Of a stretch of DNA of 64,000 bases, positions 1 through 11,287 are shown in pieces. The notes beneath the pieces were generated by a model. The model saw only the letters and a list, made by a program, of their open reading frames with translations. It did not search any database and was not told the DNA's origin. Numbering within the stretch: position 1 is the first letter of the stretch; every line of letters starts with the position of its first letter. This DNA is from Epithemia pelagica (Eukaryota; Protista; Bacillariophyta): the NCBI GenBank assembly GCA_946965045.2, contig OX337230.1:2356001-2420000 (forward strand), read 5' to 3'. The translations under genes and the position numbers were made by a program.

Positions 1-368
1 GGAACAAACCTGTCATGACCGGACAGGTGGGTGTCCGCTGCAAGCATTGTAAACATCTTCCAGTGCTCCAACGTCAGAAAGGGTCAACCTATTTCCCGAA
101 TTCCTTAATGGGAATCTATCAGGCTGCACAGAACATGAACACGGTGCACATGCAGTGTGGACTGTGTACGGAAATGCCGGATGAAGTGAAGTGTCAGCTC
201 ATCTATAGCATGTGCAACACCAAGGTTCACCAGTCTGGAGCTGGCCGTCATTATTGGGCGCGTTCTGCCAAGAAATAAGGTTTGGTCGATACGGATAAGG
301 ATGGTATACGCTTCATTCGCAATTTGCCACAAACAGCAAAGGTGGTGGAGACTCCCCCGCCGTCCTAA
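1..368 (+). pseudogene. 3' end of a gene encoding a diatom-type Cys/His domain (GQVGxRCxHC family), interrupted by one in-frame TAA; 5' end outside the window
   Basis: ORF 15-278 has GQVGVRCKHC...STYFP...IYQAAQNM...H...C...GAGRHYW. After TAA (276-278) the same frame continues GLVDTDKDGIRF, the usual end of this domain, to TAA at 366-368. Confidence 0.6.
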
Positions 369-759
369 CAACGTCAGGAAGATTTTCTTTTCATTCCTTT
401 GGGTTTTTCGCTGCTTCCAGGTTGTTTTGACAAATACAGGTGTCATCGTAGTCATCTATATTCACTCTTCTATCTATGACTACTCCTCTATAGTCCACCT
501 AACATTTGGAGTTGGACAGGGTCGTTTCTATTTTGGTTCATGGTAGACTGGAACCATCATGGTTTTGGTCGATGCATACCAGGAACCAGGACAGACGACC
601 GTCCCAGTCCCTTCGCTACGAGTAGGGTACTCGTAGTCCAGCTAGGCTCCAGACTCCAGACTCCAGACCCCCACGAACAGCTGAAACGGTTTGTTCTGTG
701 TCGAGTTCTCGCCACCACATACCACATCCCACAAACCGCCTCTCAATCTCACGCACTGT

Positions 760-2161
760 TCCCTCGGTATCAGTGTCCACTGCTTAGCTGTTTTTTGTCT
801 GTGCCACCTTCATAGGTTCCCAGGTGGACACAGACAGAAAATTTCCTTTTTGACGCAAATGGAAATGACTAAATTGCAAATTGGCACGCATACCCAGCTG
901 GAGTTTTCGCAGTTCATGAAGCTGACGCATGCCCAGCAAGCGGCCCTGCGTGTATGACGGTTACAGAATGCGCCATCCAAATTCCAAATCCCCCATAAAA
1001 TCACACAAAGGCCATCACCCACAATGGCATGGCATGAGTTGTCGCCTTTCATGCAGTTGAGGTAAGTTTGAACGTACAAAAATGTCTCCATGACAACATC
1101 AGCTTTTGAACTGTCATTCTAACTTCTCCCTCACACTTGTATTCGTTTTTCTCTTCTGATATTCAACATTCGACAACTGTCTCTCTCTCTGTCCACTTCA
1201 TTGAGAGTGAATGTTTGTGCCTATGGAATGTCAATTCTCCATTCGAGCCTCGGCTTAAAATTGGAGACCACATAGAGCTTCTTTCTTTGTATACTACTCC
1301 TAGGAGTTTCTATCAGAAGTTTATTTCCTATCTTATTGATTTTGTAAGATCGTGCGTGTTATTGCCGTGCTTTCAACCACCATGACACTCTGGTGAAGGT
1401 TTGGGGCCATCTTGAAGCAACTGATCGACTCTGTGATCTACGAAGACTAGTTTGAGTAGGCCTAGTGGCAACAAGCTGCCTTAGTTTGTTGTCATCTCTA
1501 GGTCTATGTACTTGAGTATCCGACACACAAAGAAAGGTTCTTGATCTGTGATTGACATGGTGATGGACTAAGCGAAGCACAATGATGAGAGTAAAAATCC
1601 ATGCTACAACGATAAGAACACAACCAACATTCAAGGAGCACTACGATTAGAGCAAGGAAAAGTTGTGGCAAACGGCCTACAATGACTTGTCCTCCGTTTG
1701 ATTGCGACAAAATCAAAGGAGCACCAACCATCAGCATTAACAGGGACAAAGATTAATGAGATAACGTGTGAGAAAACTACGCAGGACATGAAAGAAGCTA
1801 AGAGACAAACAACAAGCAACAAGAGAGAAAAACCAACCAAAATACTGCTTCAGGTCGCAAGGCTTCATAAAGAGCTCGCTTCATGGTCAATGTCAAATGT
1901 CGATGCTTTTGACACCGCGTGAGATTTTTGTGACGAGACGAGAGTCGTGTGAAAGGATTCCAAATTTGAATCGTGGTCACGGTCACAGGAAGATGCTAAC
2001 CGCCAACTGTCACTTGCACGCCGGCATTTCCACCAGGACGAGGAACTATATTGGTGAAAAGGACAGACGAAAAGTGAAATTTTCTGTCTGTGTCCACTTG
2101 GGAACCTATGAAGGTGGCCCAGACAAAAAATAGCTAAGCAGTGGACACTGATACCGAGGGA
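760..2161. mobile_element. Non-autonomous TIR DNA transposon, about 1.4 kb
   Basis: About 86-bp terminal inverted repeats: 760-845 (TCCCTCGGTATCAGTGTCCACTGCTTAGC...) and 2076-2161, 3 mismatches by eye. No intact internal ORF and no clear TSD. Confidence 0.8.
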
Positions 2162-2684
2162 TTGTACGAGGACGAATTCATATTCATGAGGATTATTATT
2201 TTTTATTAATGTATTCGTCGCCTCCTGTTCCCTGTTCGCCTTGGTGTGTTGTGTGTTTGGCTCAACCCGAACTCCAGCCAGTTGAAGTTGACGCCAAAAA
2301 AAGCTGCAGAAAGCAGAAAGGCCAGACAGATCGGACTTCTATCAGTCATATGCGATCAAGGTGCGTGTCCTTTAATGACATTTCACAACCGCGATACTTC
2401 CGCGACTAGATTCGCCGGAATGAGTTGTCGTGCGGTGTGATCGCGGTTACACCGTCTGAATTCTTGAGCGGTACTTGTTGTATAAGGAAAAGATGTATTT
2501 CAATTAAAGTGAACCTGGAGGACGTACGACACCATGTTGTCTGACGTGTTCCAACGACATCTGTCGAGTGTGGTGTTTTGGGTGGGGAATCTTTGATGTC
2601 ACCAAGAAGATCGTGAGGTACACGGCGCCGTCATTCCCTCCGAGAAAAGCAAATATCGTACAACACACAACGCAATTGAGAACC

Positions 2685-3662
2685 ATGACGAAGAGACTCT
2701 GCAACTTCCTTTCGTGGTGCCTTTTGGCTGCCTTTTCTAGCTCTTGCGTTGCGCTGAGCATTGCTCCCCCTCCTATGAAAGTTTTGGTGACGGGCGCAAG
2801 TGGTAAGACAGGACGTCTCGTATTCGAAGCTCTGTTGGAAGATCCAAGCAAGTTCGAAGCTCGTGCCTTGGTCCGAAGCGTGAAGAGCGCCAAAGCTTTG
2901 AGGAAGCTTGTACCAGGAACAGGTTTGGATCAGATTGTAATATCAGATGTGACTCAGTTGGCTTCGAATGAAGACGACGTTCCATCTGGCATGGATGGCT
3001 GCGAAGCCATGATTATTTGTACCTCGGCCATGCCAGTCATCAACAAGATTTCCTTGGCCAAGGCATTCTTGACGGCGCCATTCAATATGATTCGTGGGAG
3101 GAAAGCCATGGACTTTCGTTCACTGAAGTTTGGATGGAAGGGACGTCAATGTCCCGAAAAAGTTGACTTTGAAGGGCAAAAGGCGCAAGCGGATCTTGCA
3201 AAGAAAATGGGCATGAAACACGTTGTCGTGGTTGGATCCATGGGTGGAACCGACCCGTCAAACTTTCTCAATCAAATTGGAAAAAATAAGGACGGATCAG
3301 GAGACGGGGACATTTTGCTGTGGAAGCGCAAAGCAGAAAAATACCTGGTAGAATCCGGCCTGGACTATACCATTCTTCATCCTGGGGGTCTTGTCGATGA
3401 CCCGGCTGGTGACAAGAAATTTCTCATTGACGTTGATGACAAACTGTTGGATCGTCAACAGCGATCTATCTGTCGAGGAGACGTCGCAAGTCTCGCTGTG
3501 GCGTCGTTGACAGTTGGCAAGGGGCGAAAAGTCGCCTTGGATGTCATTACGGCGGATCGAACGAGCGAAGAGGCCCCTGACAGTACGGCCGTTGAAGGAC
3601 CTACGGCTGAAGAAGCATTGGAGAAATTTCTGGCAAAAGAAAGGGTTTATCAATATTCCTGA
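2685..3662 (+). CDS. Atypical SDR / NAD(P)-binding Rossmann-fold protein (NmrA/Tic62-like), probably plastid-targeted
   Basis: VLVTGASGKTG nucleotide-binding motif, VVVGSMG, YTILHPGGLVD, SICRGDVA. ATG at 2685 gives a signal peptide ending CVA-LSIAP. Confidence 0.85.
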   Translation: MTKRLCNFLSWCLLAAFSSSCVALSIAPPPMKVLVTGASGKTGRLVFEALLEDPSKFEARALVRSVKSAKALRKLVPGTGLDQIVISDVTQLASNEDDVPSGMDGCEAMIICTSAMPVINKISLAKAFLTAPFNMIRGRKAMDFRSLKFGWKGRQCPEKVDFEGQKAQADLAKKMGMKHVVVVGSMGGTDPSNFLNQIGKNKDGSGDGDILLWKRKAEKYLVESGLDYTILHPGGLVDDPAGDKKFLIDVDDKLLDRQQRSICRGDVASLAVASLTVGKGRKVALDVITADRTSEEAPDSTAVEGPTAEEALEKFLAKERVYQYS

Positions 3663-3987
3663 TTGGGGAGCTCTGTCCTTTTCTCAGTTTCTACCATTTG
3701 ACAACATTGTATATTGTGTTTAGCCGTAACAGTAAAATTGTTCCAGATCCAAACTGGCCAAAACACCCTTTCAAACAACAATTGCGGGGTGAATGTTGAA
3801 TCAACCCAAGGAAAATCATCATGATGTTCCATAAAATAACGAACAACACCTTTACATAGCAGCAGAAGTACTTCCTTGCTGTACCTAACTCGACGACTTC
3901 ACCAACATGTCTCCAAGCACAATGTACGACTAGTTCCGGATCTATCCCAGTGCCTGCATGGATCATCATACTTGCTTTCACCTTTCC

Positions 3988-5421
3988 TCAAAAGCCAGGG
4001 TCACCCGAAGCCGGAGTAGCCTCTGTGCCGAGAAGAAACGTGTGCGGAATATGTGCAAAGTTTAAAACCTGTCGGACAAGAGAGTATAAATACCTGGTGA
4101 AAACTCGGTAGATGGCCCGATGACCGCGATTGCCATGATAATATTTGGCGTACAAGAAACAGGGATACTTTTCCCCGTCAATATCGTAGTAATCAGGGAT
4201 TTCCTGAACTCGGTAAAAGCCCAACTTTTCATACAATCGAATGGCTCCTTGATTGTGGGTAATGACATGGAGATACAAGGCACCACAACGGGGATCTTGC
4301 TCTACCTGATCCATACATTGTTGGACCAAATGAGAACCCAGCCCGGCCATGCGATATTCCGACGCGGTACCCAATGTCATTATGTAAAAGAGTTTGCCAT
4401 GTCTCTGCGGATTGGAAATGAGTAGATTTTGCACCAGATCTGGCAAGCGAGTCAAGGGCATGAAAGAACCAACCACACAGCCTGCAATGACTTCTTGGTC
4501 TTCACCTCCTTGGTCTTCGACATCAAATGATGCGCAAGGGAAAACATGCTCATGATTGTTCGTATCATCAACAAAAGATATTGGTTCAATGTCGATGTCA
4601 CCATTCAAGATTTGATTGTCCATGCTAGTTGGGTCTCCAGTGAAATCATTGGTGTGGTCATCCGTAATACCTAGCTCTTCATCCATTCCAAAAGTAGACG
4701 CATACAAATCACTTTTCCCTATGGGCTCCAGATCTGAGGCAGGAACATTTGAAGAAGGAGATATCAAAGTGCTGACAGGAATGTTCATGGACAAAGGTTG
4801 CGCACCATTGAGTTGCTCTGTTGTCCGAGTCTCTTTCCTGTGGATTGCCAAACATGTGAACAAGGTGTTCCCGGCCAAATGACCTCGTGCCAGATCATCG
4901 TAAAATTCACTTTGACTTCCAGTCATCAATGCACAAAGACAGGGGTACGTTGATTGGTACGGAACATCCAACAAAAGAACGCCACAAGAGGAGTCAGAAA
5001 GCTGTACTTTGTCCAAAGAACGATAGAGTCGCGAAAGAACGGAAAGGAACAACACTCACTATGTCACCGGAAACCATTCTTCATGCAACTGTTGGATTCG
5101 ATCACGATCACCCAATTGTATGGAGCGATACGTGAAATTGCTTGGGTCCAACAACCGTTGTTCTTTCCCCTGAGTTCTCGGTGTTTCATCGACGTAATTC
5201 TTCGTTCTGTCCAAAGAAGTTGCTGTCGTTGCGGCCATGTCCTGTGATAATGAGCGATCGATCTGGAAGGACAAAGAGAAAGTGGACAATGTTTCCTCTT
5301 CTTCTCTTCCTTCTTCACTTGCCGAAGGAGACAATGGTCTTGTTGCCAAAGTCGAAGACGAGGAAGAAGAGAACGACGTAGAGTGCAAAGTCTCCGTGGT
5401 ATTCGGTTGTGTTCTCTTCAT
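3988..5421 (-). CDS. NAA60: N-alpha-acetyltransferase 60-like GNAT; two exons (5421-5060, 4915-3988)
   Basis: Splicing a GTGAGT...AG intron (5059-4916) restores LHEEWFPVTYQSEFY. Also YIMTLG, RMAGLGSHL, LYLHVITHNQGAIRLYEKLGF, YYDIDG. Confidence 0.85.
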
Positions 5422-7048
5422 CCAGTCAATGACCTTGTTGGTTCACTGTAAGATATCGTTGTTCTTGCTTGTTATTGGCTCCTGGCCTCTTCTGATCACA
5501 TGCGCGTTCAACTTTCAACCCAGACAAAGACGATGAGGACGACCGAATCAGGAAAACACGGGCCAAGGACATTGACATCGACGCACCGCCCTTGCCTCTA
5601 TTATTTTGGCTCTGTTTGCGGTGATTTTCTGTTGGGGGTCTTCTTGTTTGGGGGTGACACGCACGTAAGTTGGGGGTGAAAACAGTTGGATAAGTTGGAT
5701 GTGATGGCCCGCCATCGCATATCGCAACATCTATTCCTATCTGCATGCCAATTTCCAATCTCGTTGCATTGTCTTTGTTCCGCAGTGAACAGCGAAGCGT
5801 GAATACATAGCTATAGCCGCTGCGTCCAACAAAAAGACCATCGTCGGGATTCGTTGTTCGTTATAAAAACTACCGGTAGCAGAGGCTGGGTTGTTAGCAC
5901 TAAGTTGTTAATCCAACCAATGGGCGTCACAGCGACGATCTGGATTAGAGAAACTGTAGAAATGAATGATTTCATGAGGCCATCGGTGGAAGAGACGTCC
6001 CCGTAGCCATTTGTACAGAGAGAAGAAACACCTATTCTTGCATCGGCAGTTACGTGTACTGTAACTCTTGCTTCCCATACAGTGTTCTCGCAAGGTCGTC
6101 TCGGTTCCTGTCTCGACAAGGAGCACTAACTTGCGATCTACTCCTATGAGTTATGAAAACCTGAAACTCAAAGCGCCTTGGTCCTTGGTCCGTCGGACTT
6201 CGGACATACTTTGAACATCATTTATCTGTATCTATTCGGTCGGCCAGAGAACGGAGACCTGAAAAAATGAGGACAGTTTTCTTTGCCAGGTTTGTCTGTG
6301 TCCGTGGCAAAGACCACCAGATTAAATCTCAGCGTTAGACAAGCATAGTTGTTTTAACTTCATTCTAATTAGGATGAATGTAGCTCTGGGATTTGCTACT
6401 GAGAGCGTGCCCGCGCGGGTCACTTCAGTTTCGGAAATTTGACCATCACGGAGTCGTACAACGGATACCCACTGATAGAAGGAACTCATGTGAGGGCTTA
6501 TCAGGAGTCCCGAACAGAAATTTGCAGCGGTCGCGCCGGGTGGCCCCATGGCCAATTTTGGCTTGGCCGCACCTGGCTCACCAAATTTTCGTCCAGACGA
6601 GAGGCAGTGAATAGGAATAGTGAGGACATGCACATGCAAATAGATCTGCGGTGTTTGCAGGGTCTCGCCTAGGTAGCCCCGTTCATGGCAATTCTCTGGG
6701 GGATAACCGACCAAGGCTTCTTCTCGATATCAATTGCTGCCACCCGCACACCTTTTTCGCAAATTGAATCGACCAGTTCAGTTGAGGTTTTGCTGTATTG
6801 CGACAACCAAGAGTCAAAGGCAGCTCCGTTATTCTTTTGGTCTGGTGAGCGGAAAGATCCAGTGTTGTGGAGAGGAAACCCCGGATCGGCGCTAAAAATT
6901 CCCTTGTTCGAAACAACAATATTCATTTCATTGATCTCGTGGAGAATTTCTTCACGAAAGGACAACGAGAGAATATTTCGGCTTGTGCTTCGATGGCCAA
7001 AGATCTTTGTGACACTCGCTGATAAGTTTATCTGGATCTCTCAGTAGA

Positions 7049-9271
7049 ATGCAATCATCTCCGTCCTTGAGTCGGAGCAGTATGGACATGGGGACGAGCA
7101 ATCGCTCGGGATCCACTTCGAGCTTGAAGCATTTGACAGTGAAAATTGTCAGAAACGGTCAGCCAAGCGCTTCGTTTGATGTTTCAATGACGGATCTTAG
7201 ACAGAGAGAGGATGAAATGAAGCAGACTGCCCACAAATTCAAAATACCGATATCTCGGTGGAAAGCCAGCAAATTGTATCAGGCTTCAAAACGGAGCAGC
7301 AACGGAATTGTACAGATCGATCCAGAGAAGGACATTATGCTTCAAAACTATTCCGTTAAAATGGAATGGCACCCATGGCTTACGGTACTGTTTGAAGAGT
7401 TTTTCCGAACCGGGCAACTTCGTGTTCCGGACGAGTGCAAAGGAAGCGACTTGTTGCTAGCTTTGGAGTATTTTGGCATCTTGTACGCTCCTGGCCAGTT
7501 GGTCTTTGCTTCTTTTTTGGTGTATCAACGAGTTCGATGTTGGTCGGATTATCTTTCACATCGAACAGCCTTGGGGGACTGGGTTGCGGGAAGAATTCAG
7601 GAAACACAGGCAGCTGTATCCGAACCAGGAGAACTGAATGGAGAAGTACTGTTTTTTGCCACCATGCTGAACAAAGATGAGCGGGCCACAGCAGGGGATC
7701 TCCACATACCAGGGTTGGGATACGACGCAGACAACGATGCTGCCTCTTTTTCCCTAATTTATCGCTTGTTCAATACAAGCAACGATAACCACGTCGCGAA
7801 AAGTCTGCAGGATGATTTTTGTGTGTACCTTCAAAGTTTATTCGTGGACGAAATCCGAGCAACATTTGCAGTGAAGATGATTGAAATATCGTCCAACAGG
7901 GCCACAAATCGGTCGCTTCGAGCTATTCTAAAGATAGAATTCGTGTCCTCTCCTGACTTGGATGGGGACCGCTCGGGACATTCCTGGAATGAACAAGAGG
8001 AAAGCACCTTGCAATCCACACAACGCAACATAAGAAAGCGTGACGAAGGAAGTCCCTCGCAAAGGAAAGTGTTCACGTCAAAGAGTGAAAGCAGCCCAGA
8101 CGAAGTTACCAACGACATCTACGACTGCGGAAAATCTGAGAAGAAGGACCCGCTTATGATCTTGCCTCCTAATTTACCGAAACACCCCAGCCCTCGAGGA
8201 CCCGATATGGATGAACGAGACGATTTCTACAAGGCAGCAACAAGAAAGAAGCCTTACTCCGGGAGACCTCCAGAAATGGATCTGAGCACCCCTTTGTTCG
8301 GTCCCACGCGTCCTCGAAGTGTGAATCCTGCCTTCGCTACTGGGGCAAGTGGATGGAATGCCCCATTTGACATTGTGGATCCCGAAAGACTGGAAAGCCA
8401 AACAGTGACAAGTGCGTTGACTGGGCCACATTTTCCTTCAGACGATTCCCATACGATAGACACCGCTGTCGTTCGGGCAGAAGCCTTGAGACATGACTGG
8501 GTACAAGGAAATCTATTGACACGCGACATCAGTAAGCAAATGCGCGAACTTCTTGAAGTTCCCGAGACAGATGAAGCAGACACTCAAGAAGGACTTGTTG
8601 GTTCGACAAGTGAAAAGCTTATTGAGCCACGGCAAGTCCTTAACTTCAATTACGCGGCATGTCAAACATGGGATTGGATCAGTACCGTCTGTCAGGGAAG
8701 TCCTTCTGCATGGGAGGACGGATCAGTTGGATATGAAGTTCCCTCCTCTAGTGTGTTGTCGAAACCAACTAAAGATGAAGATCAAAAGTTCCCATTGGAA
8801 GCAATTCCTGACACTCCCAAGCCATTGCCCCCTAATTTCCAGAGATCCAGAACTCAACCACATGCACTCGTGTCTCCAACAGCGTTAAGTGTCCAAAAAT
8901 CAAGAACCCAACCTCTTTCCATGAAGCTTGATAGACCCATGAAAGATTCTCCGCTAATACTTGAAGGTACACACAAGAACCGGATGCTAGTAAAGGAGCG
9001 TTTGAAAAAGATTGAGAAATATGACTGGAAGGTGGAGCCAAAACGCCGAGAACCAATGCCTGCAATGGAAGAAGAAGAAGATGTTGAGGAAAAAGAGGAG
9101 AAAGTAAGTCCCTCAAGACCCGAGGTATCCTTTGATACATCGCTCCAAATAGTCTCGACCAAAAGCGATGTTTTCGATTCCACACTCAAAGTGGGAAAAG
9201 AGAGCAGTCGCGTTTGCCTGGGGGCATTGTTCTGTCGACGAAAAGTTCCAGGGGATGCCGATAACGAATGA
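7049..9271 (+). CDS. 740-aa protein with an N-terminal BTB/POZ-like region and a long disordered C-terminus
   Basis: Long ORF. LFEEFFRTGQLRVP...LLLALEYFGI resembles the end of KCTD-type BTB domains. Confidence 0.6.
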   Translation: MQSSPSLSRSSMDMGTSNRSGSTSSLKHLTVKIVRNGQPSASFDVSMTDLRQREDEMKQTAHKFKIPISRWKASKLYQASKRSSNGIVQIDPEKDIMLQNYSVKMEWHPWLTVLFEEFFRTGQLRVPDECKGSDLLLALEYFGILYAPGQLVFASFLVYQRVRCWSDYLSHRTALGDWVAGRIQETQAAVSEPGELNGEVLFFATMLNKDERATAGDLHIPGLGYDADNDAASFSLIYRLFNTSNDNHVAKSLQDDFCVYLQSLFVDEIRATFAVKMIEISSNRATNRSLRAILKIEFVSSPDLDGDRSGHSWNEQEESTLQSTQRNIRKRDEGSPSQRKVFTSKSESSPDEVTNDIYDCGKSEKKDPLMILPPNLPKHPSPRGPDMDERDDFYKAATRKKPYSGRPPEMDLSTPLFGPTRPRSVNPAFATGASGWNAPFDIVDPERLESQTVTSALTGPHFPSDDSHTIDTAVVRAEALRHDWVQGNLLTRDISKQMRELLEVPETDEADTQEGLVGSTSEKLIEPRQVLNFNYAACQTWDWISTVCQGSPSAWEDGSVGYEVPSSSVLSKPTKDEDQKFPLEAIPDTPKPLPPNFQRSRTQPHALVSPTALSVQKSRTQPLSMKLDRPMKDSPLILEGTHKNRMLVKERLKKIEKYDWKVEPKRREPMPAMEEEEDVEEKEEKVSPSRPEVSFDTSLQIVSTKSDVFDSTLKVGKESSRVCLGALFCRRKVPGDADNE

Positions 9272-9578
9272 TTTCACCTTGTACCTATCCCAAGCATCAT
9301 ACCCGTAAAAGCCGTGTATTCTTTCCCGTTTCTTTGTATTGTTATACTACCGGCAAGTACGCAACAATTGGGGAAAAGGACAATGGGGAACAGTTTCGAG
9401 TCCACTTGTAGTCACATGTCGCAATCATTATCAAGTATAGGGTTCTCTATGTATAGATCATATATCTCAAATCTCTAACGAACGTACTAGTAAGTGTGTT
9501 TCGCTGAACTAATCAACAAGTTTCCCCTCAAGTATTACAAAAATCAGTCGTAGCAGTAGCAGTTGTATACAAGGTTCG

Positions 9579-10313
9579 TCATTGCTTGTCAAACTTGGAC
9601 AAGGCTTGTGCCTTTTCGAGCGCAAACAAGCGGTTCGGACGGGTGATGGGTTCCATGTTACGGTGGATCAAGACGGGCCTGAATTGACAAGGAAGACTTG
9701 CAGCCTCACGTTGAACTTCCAATAGCCGTCGAAGCAGGACCTTACGTCGCCGGAATCTATCCTCGCACAGGGCATCCACAATCAAATGTTCCAAGCCAAG
9801 TCGGCTGTTCGAGTTTGAGATGGATCGCTCGAGGTCCTGGCGATCTTTTGGACTGAGATCCGAAACTGTTCTTGTGGTAGAGGAAAGGTCCATTTCAGAA
9901 ATTTCAGCGTTGCAACAGGTATGAAACACTGTGTACATTACTCTTTGGTAGCTGCAGTTCGCCTCGGATTGATTTTGAGTAATCTGTTTGACAGTTGTCG
10001 CGACAGAGGCTTTGAACTGAAGATAATCTTGGACATCATACCAACAAGTACGCTTATGACGCGCATTAGCAGCAGACTTGTGGTACTTGTTTTGACTTTC
10101 GTCAAAGACAACTGTCTTGGTGGTCTTGTTATTGCCTTTGGATGGGCGGGGAGATCCGGGTAAGGAGGAACATTCGGAAGAGCCGCTAGCTGTTCGGTCG
10201 GTGCGCATGGTAGCATCGTCTGAATCATTAACGGAACATTCCAAATCAACACAAGAAAGCTCTTCCTGTTGCTCCTTTCTCAAACCTTTGGATTTCTTGA
10301 TTGACCAACGCAT
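9579..10313 (-). CDS. Member of an expanded diatom family of unknown function (VxF...WY...GLE...VLxxQ pattern)
   Basis: KTVVFDE, WYDVQDYLQFK, LGLEHL, VLLRRLLEVQ, LFALEKAQAL in the characteristic spacing. First ATG at 10313. Confidence 0.7.
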   Translation of the reverse strand: MRWSIKKSKGLRKEQQEELSCVDLECSVNDSDDATMRTDRTASGSSECSSLPGSPRPSKGNNKTTKTVVFDESQNKYHKSAANARHKRTCWYDVQDYLQFKASVATTVKQITQNQSEANCSYQRVMYTVFHTCCNAEISEMDLSSTTRTVSDLSPKDRQDLERSISNSNSRLGLEHLIVDALCEDRFRRRKVLLRRLLEVQREAASLPCQFRPVLIHRNMEPITRPNRLFALEKAQALSKFDKQ

Positions 10314-11287
10314 GACAATGTCGACAACTGGAAAATATTTTATGTTACTCAACAATTGTCGCTCGTTTCAAATTTGATGGTGCAAGTTTTGTGGCAACAA
10401 ACCTCGGGTTGCCGATTTGACCCAAATCAATGTGTTCCCGTTGAAGGATTGATGCCTGAAGCAATGACCAGATGATGATAAGGATGATATCTCGCAACAA
10501 GTTATTGCATGAGCCCACCATGAACCTCTCACATTCCGGCACTTTCACGGGTCGTAATTATGTTGGTTTCAGTTTCATTACATATGCCAAAGCAGATGCT
10601 GTCCAAGTTGGTTCTTGATGGGCTTGAGAAAAAGTTGAGCGATCAATAGACAAAAAAGGAACGATTGAATCATCGCGGTAGGTTAGCCACAGGCATATCA
10701 AACTCTGTAAAAAGGGTCGTGCACAGTGAAAGAGGTTTCACACTGCGAACAATTGAGAACAAACTTATTTCTTGTTTTCGGTCTTGGACAATTTGAGGAG
10801 TTCTGATCTTCGTATCCGCAACCCTTAATTGGTTCTTCGGTCCAACATTCGGCAATCGGACGCTCCGTGACGGTCCCAAGGGTCAGGTTCAGGTAGCCCA
10901 AAGGCTACCCTACCCTGGCCCTGTGGTTGTTCTTCTTCATGCCTCACAATAATCTCTGGGCTATACCTTCCTTGGCCCTCAGTTACTCATGTTGAGTCTG
11001 GGTTGATATTTTTTATGAAAGCCAGTCGGCCGAACTATAGTCCCTTGTTTTGCATTTTGGGAAAGCAAGAGGGAGATGCCCTGTGCGATGTGATCGCCCC
11101 CCAATCCCCCAAGGCATGAGAAGGGCTTAATTTGAAATGACTCGAGTCACAGTCCGTCAGGTAGAGAGATTCTCAAGGGGAAAGATAGAGAACCCGGATA
11201 AACAAATTTTGGTTGTGACCTGTGACGCAATCTTTTGTGTGTCGATCTTTATGGAGAGGAGGCTTGAATCAATCGAGAATCGAGACA

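Noticed and set aside
616-667. Helitron 3' end (9-bp hairpin 616-636 followed by CTAG at 642-645) and (CTCCAGA)3
   Set aside because: CTAG is followed by G rather than T, the spacing is short, and no 5' end or Rep/helicase is visible.
5811-7047. Several short ORFs between NAA60 and the BTB-like gene
   Set aside because: No recognisable motifs or consistent spliced model; possibly a decayed gene, but unsupported.
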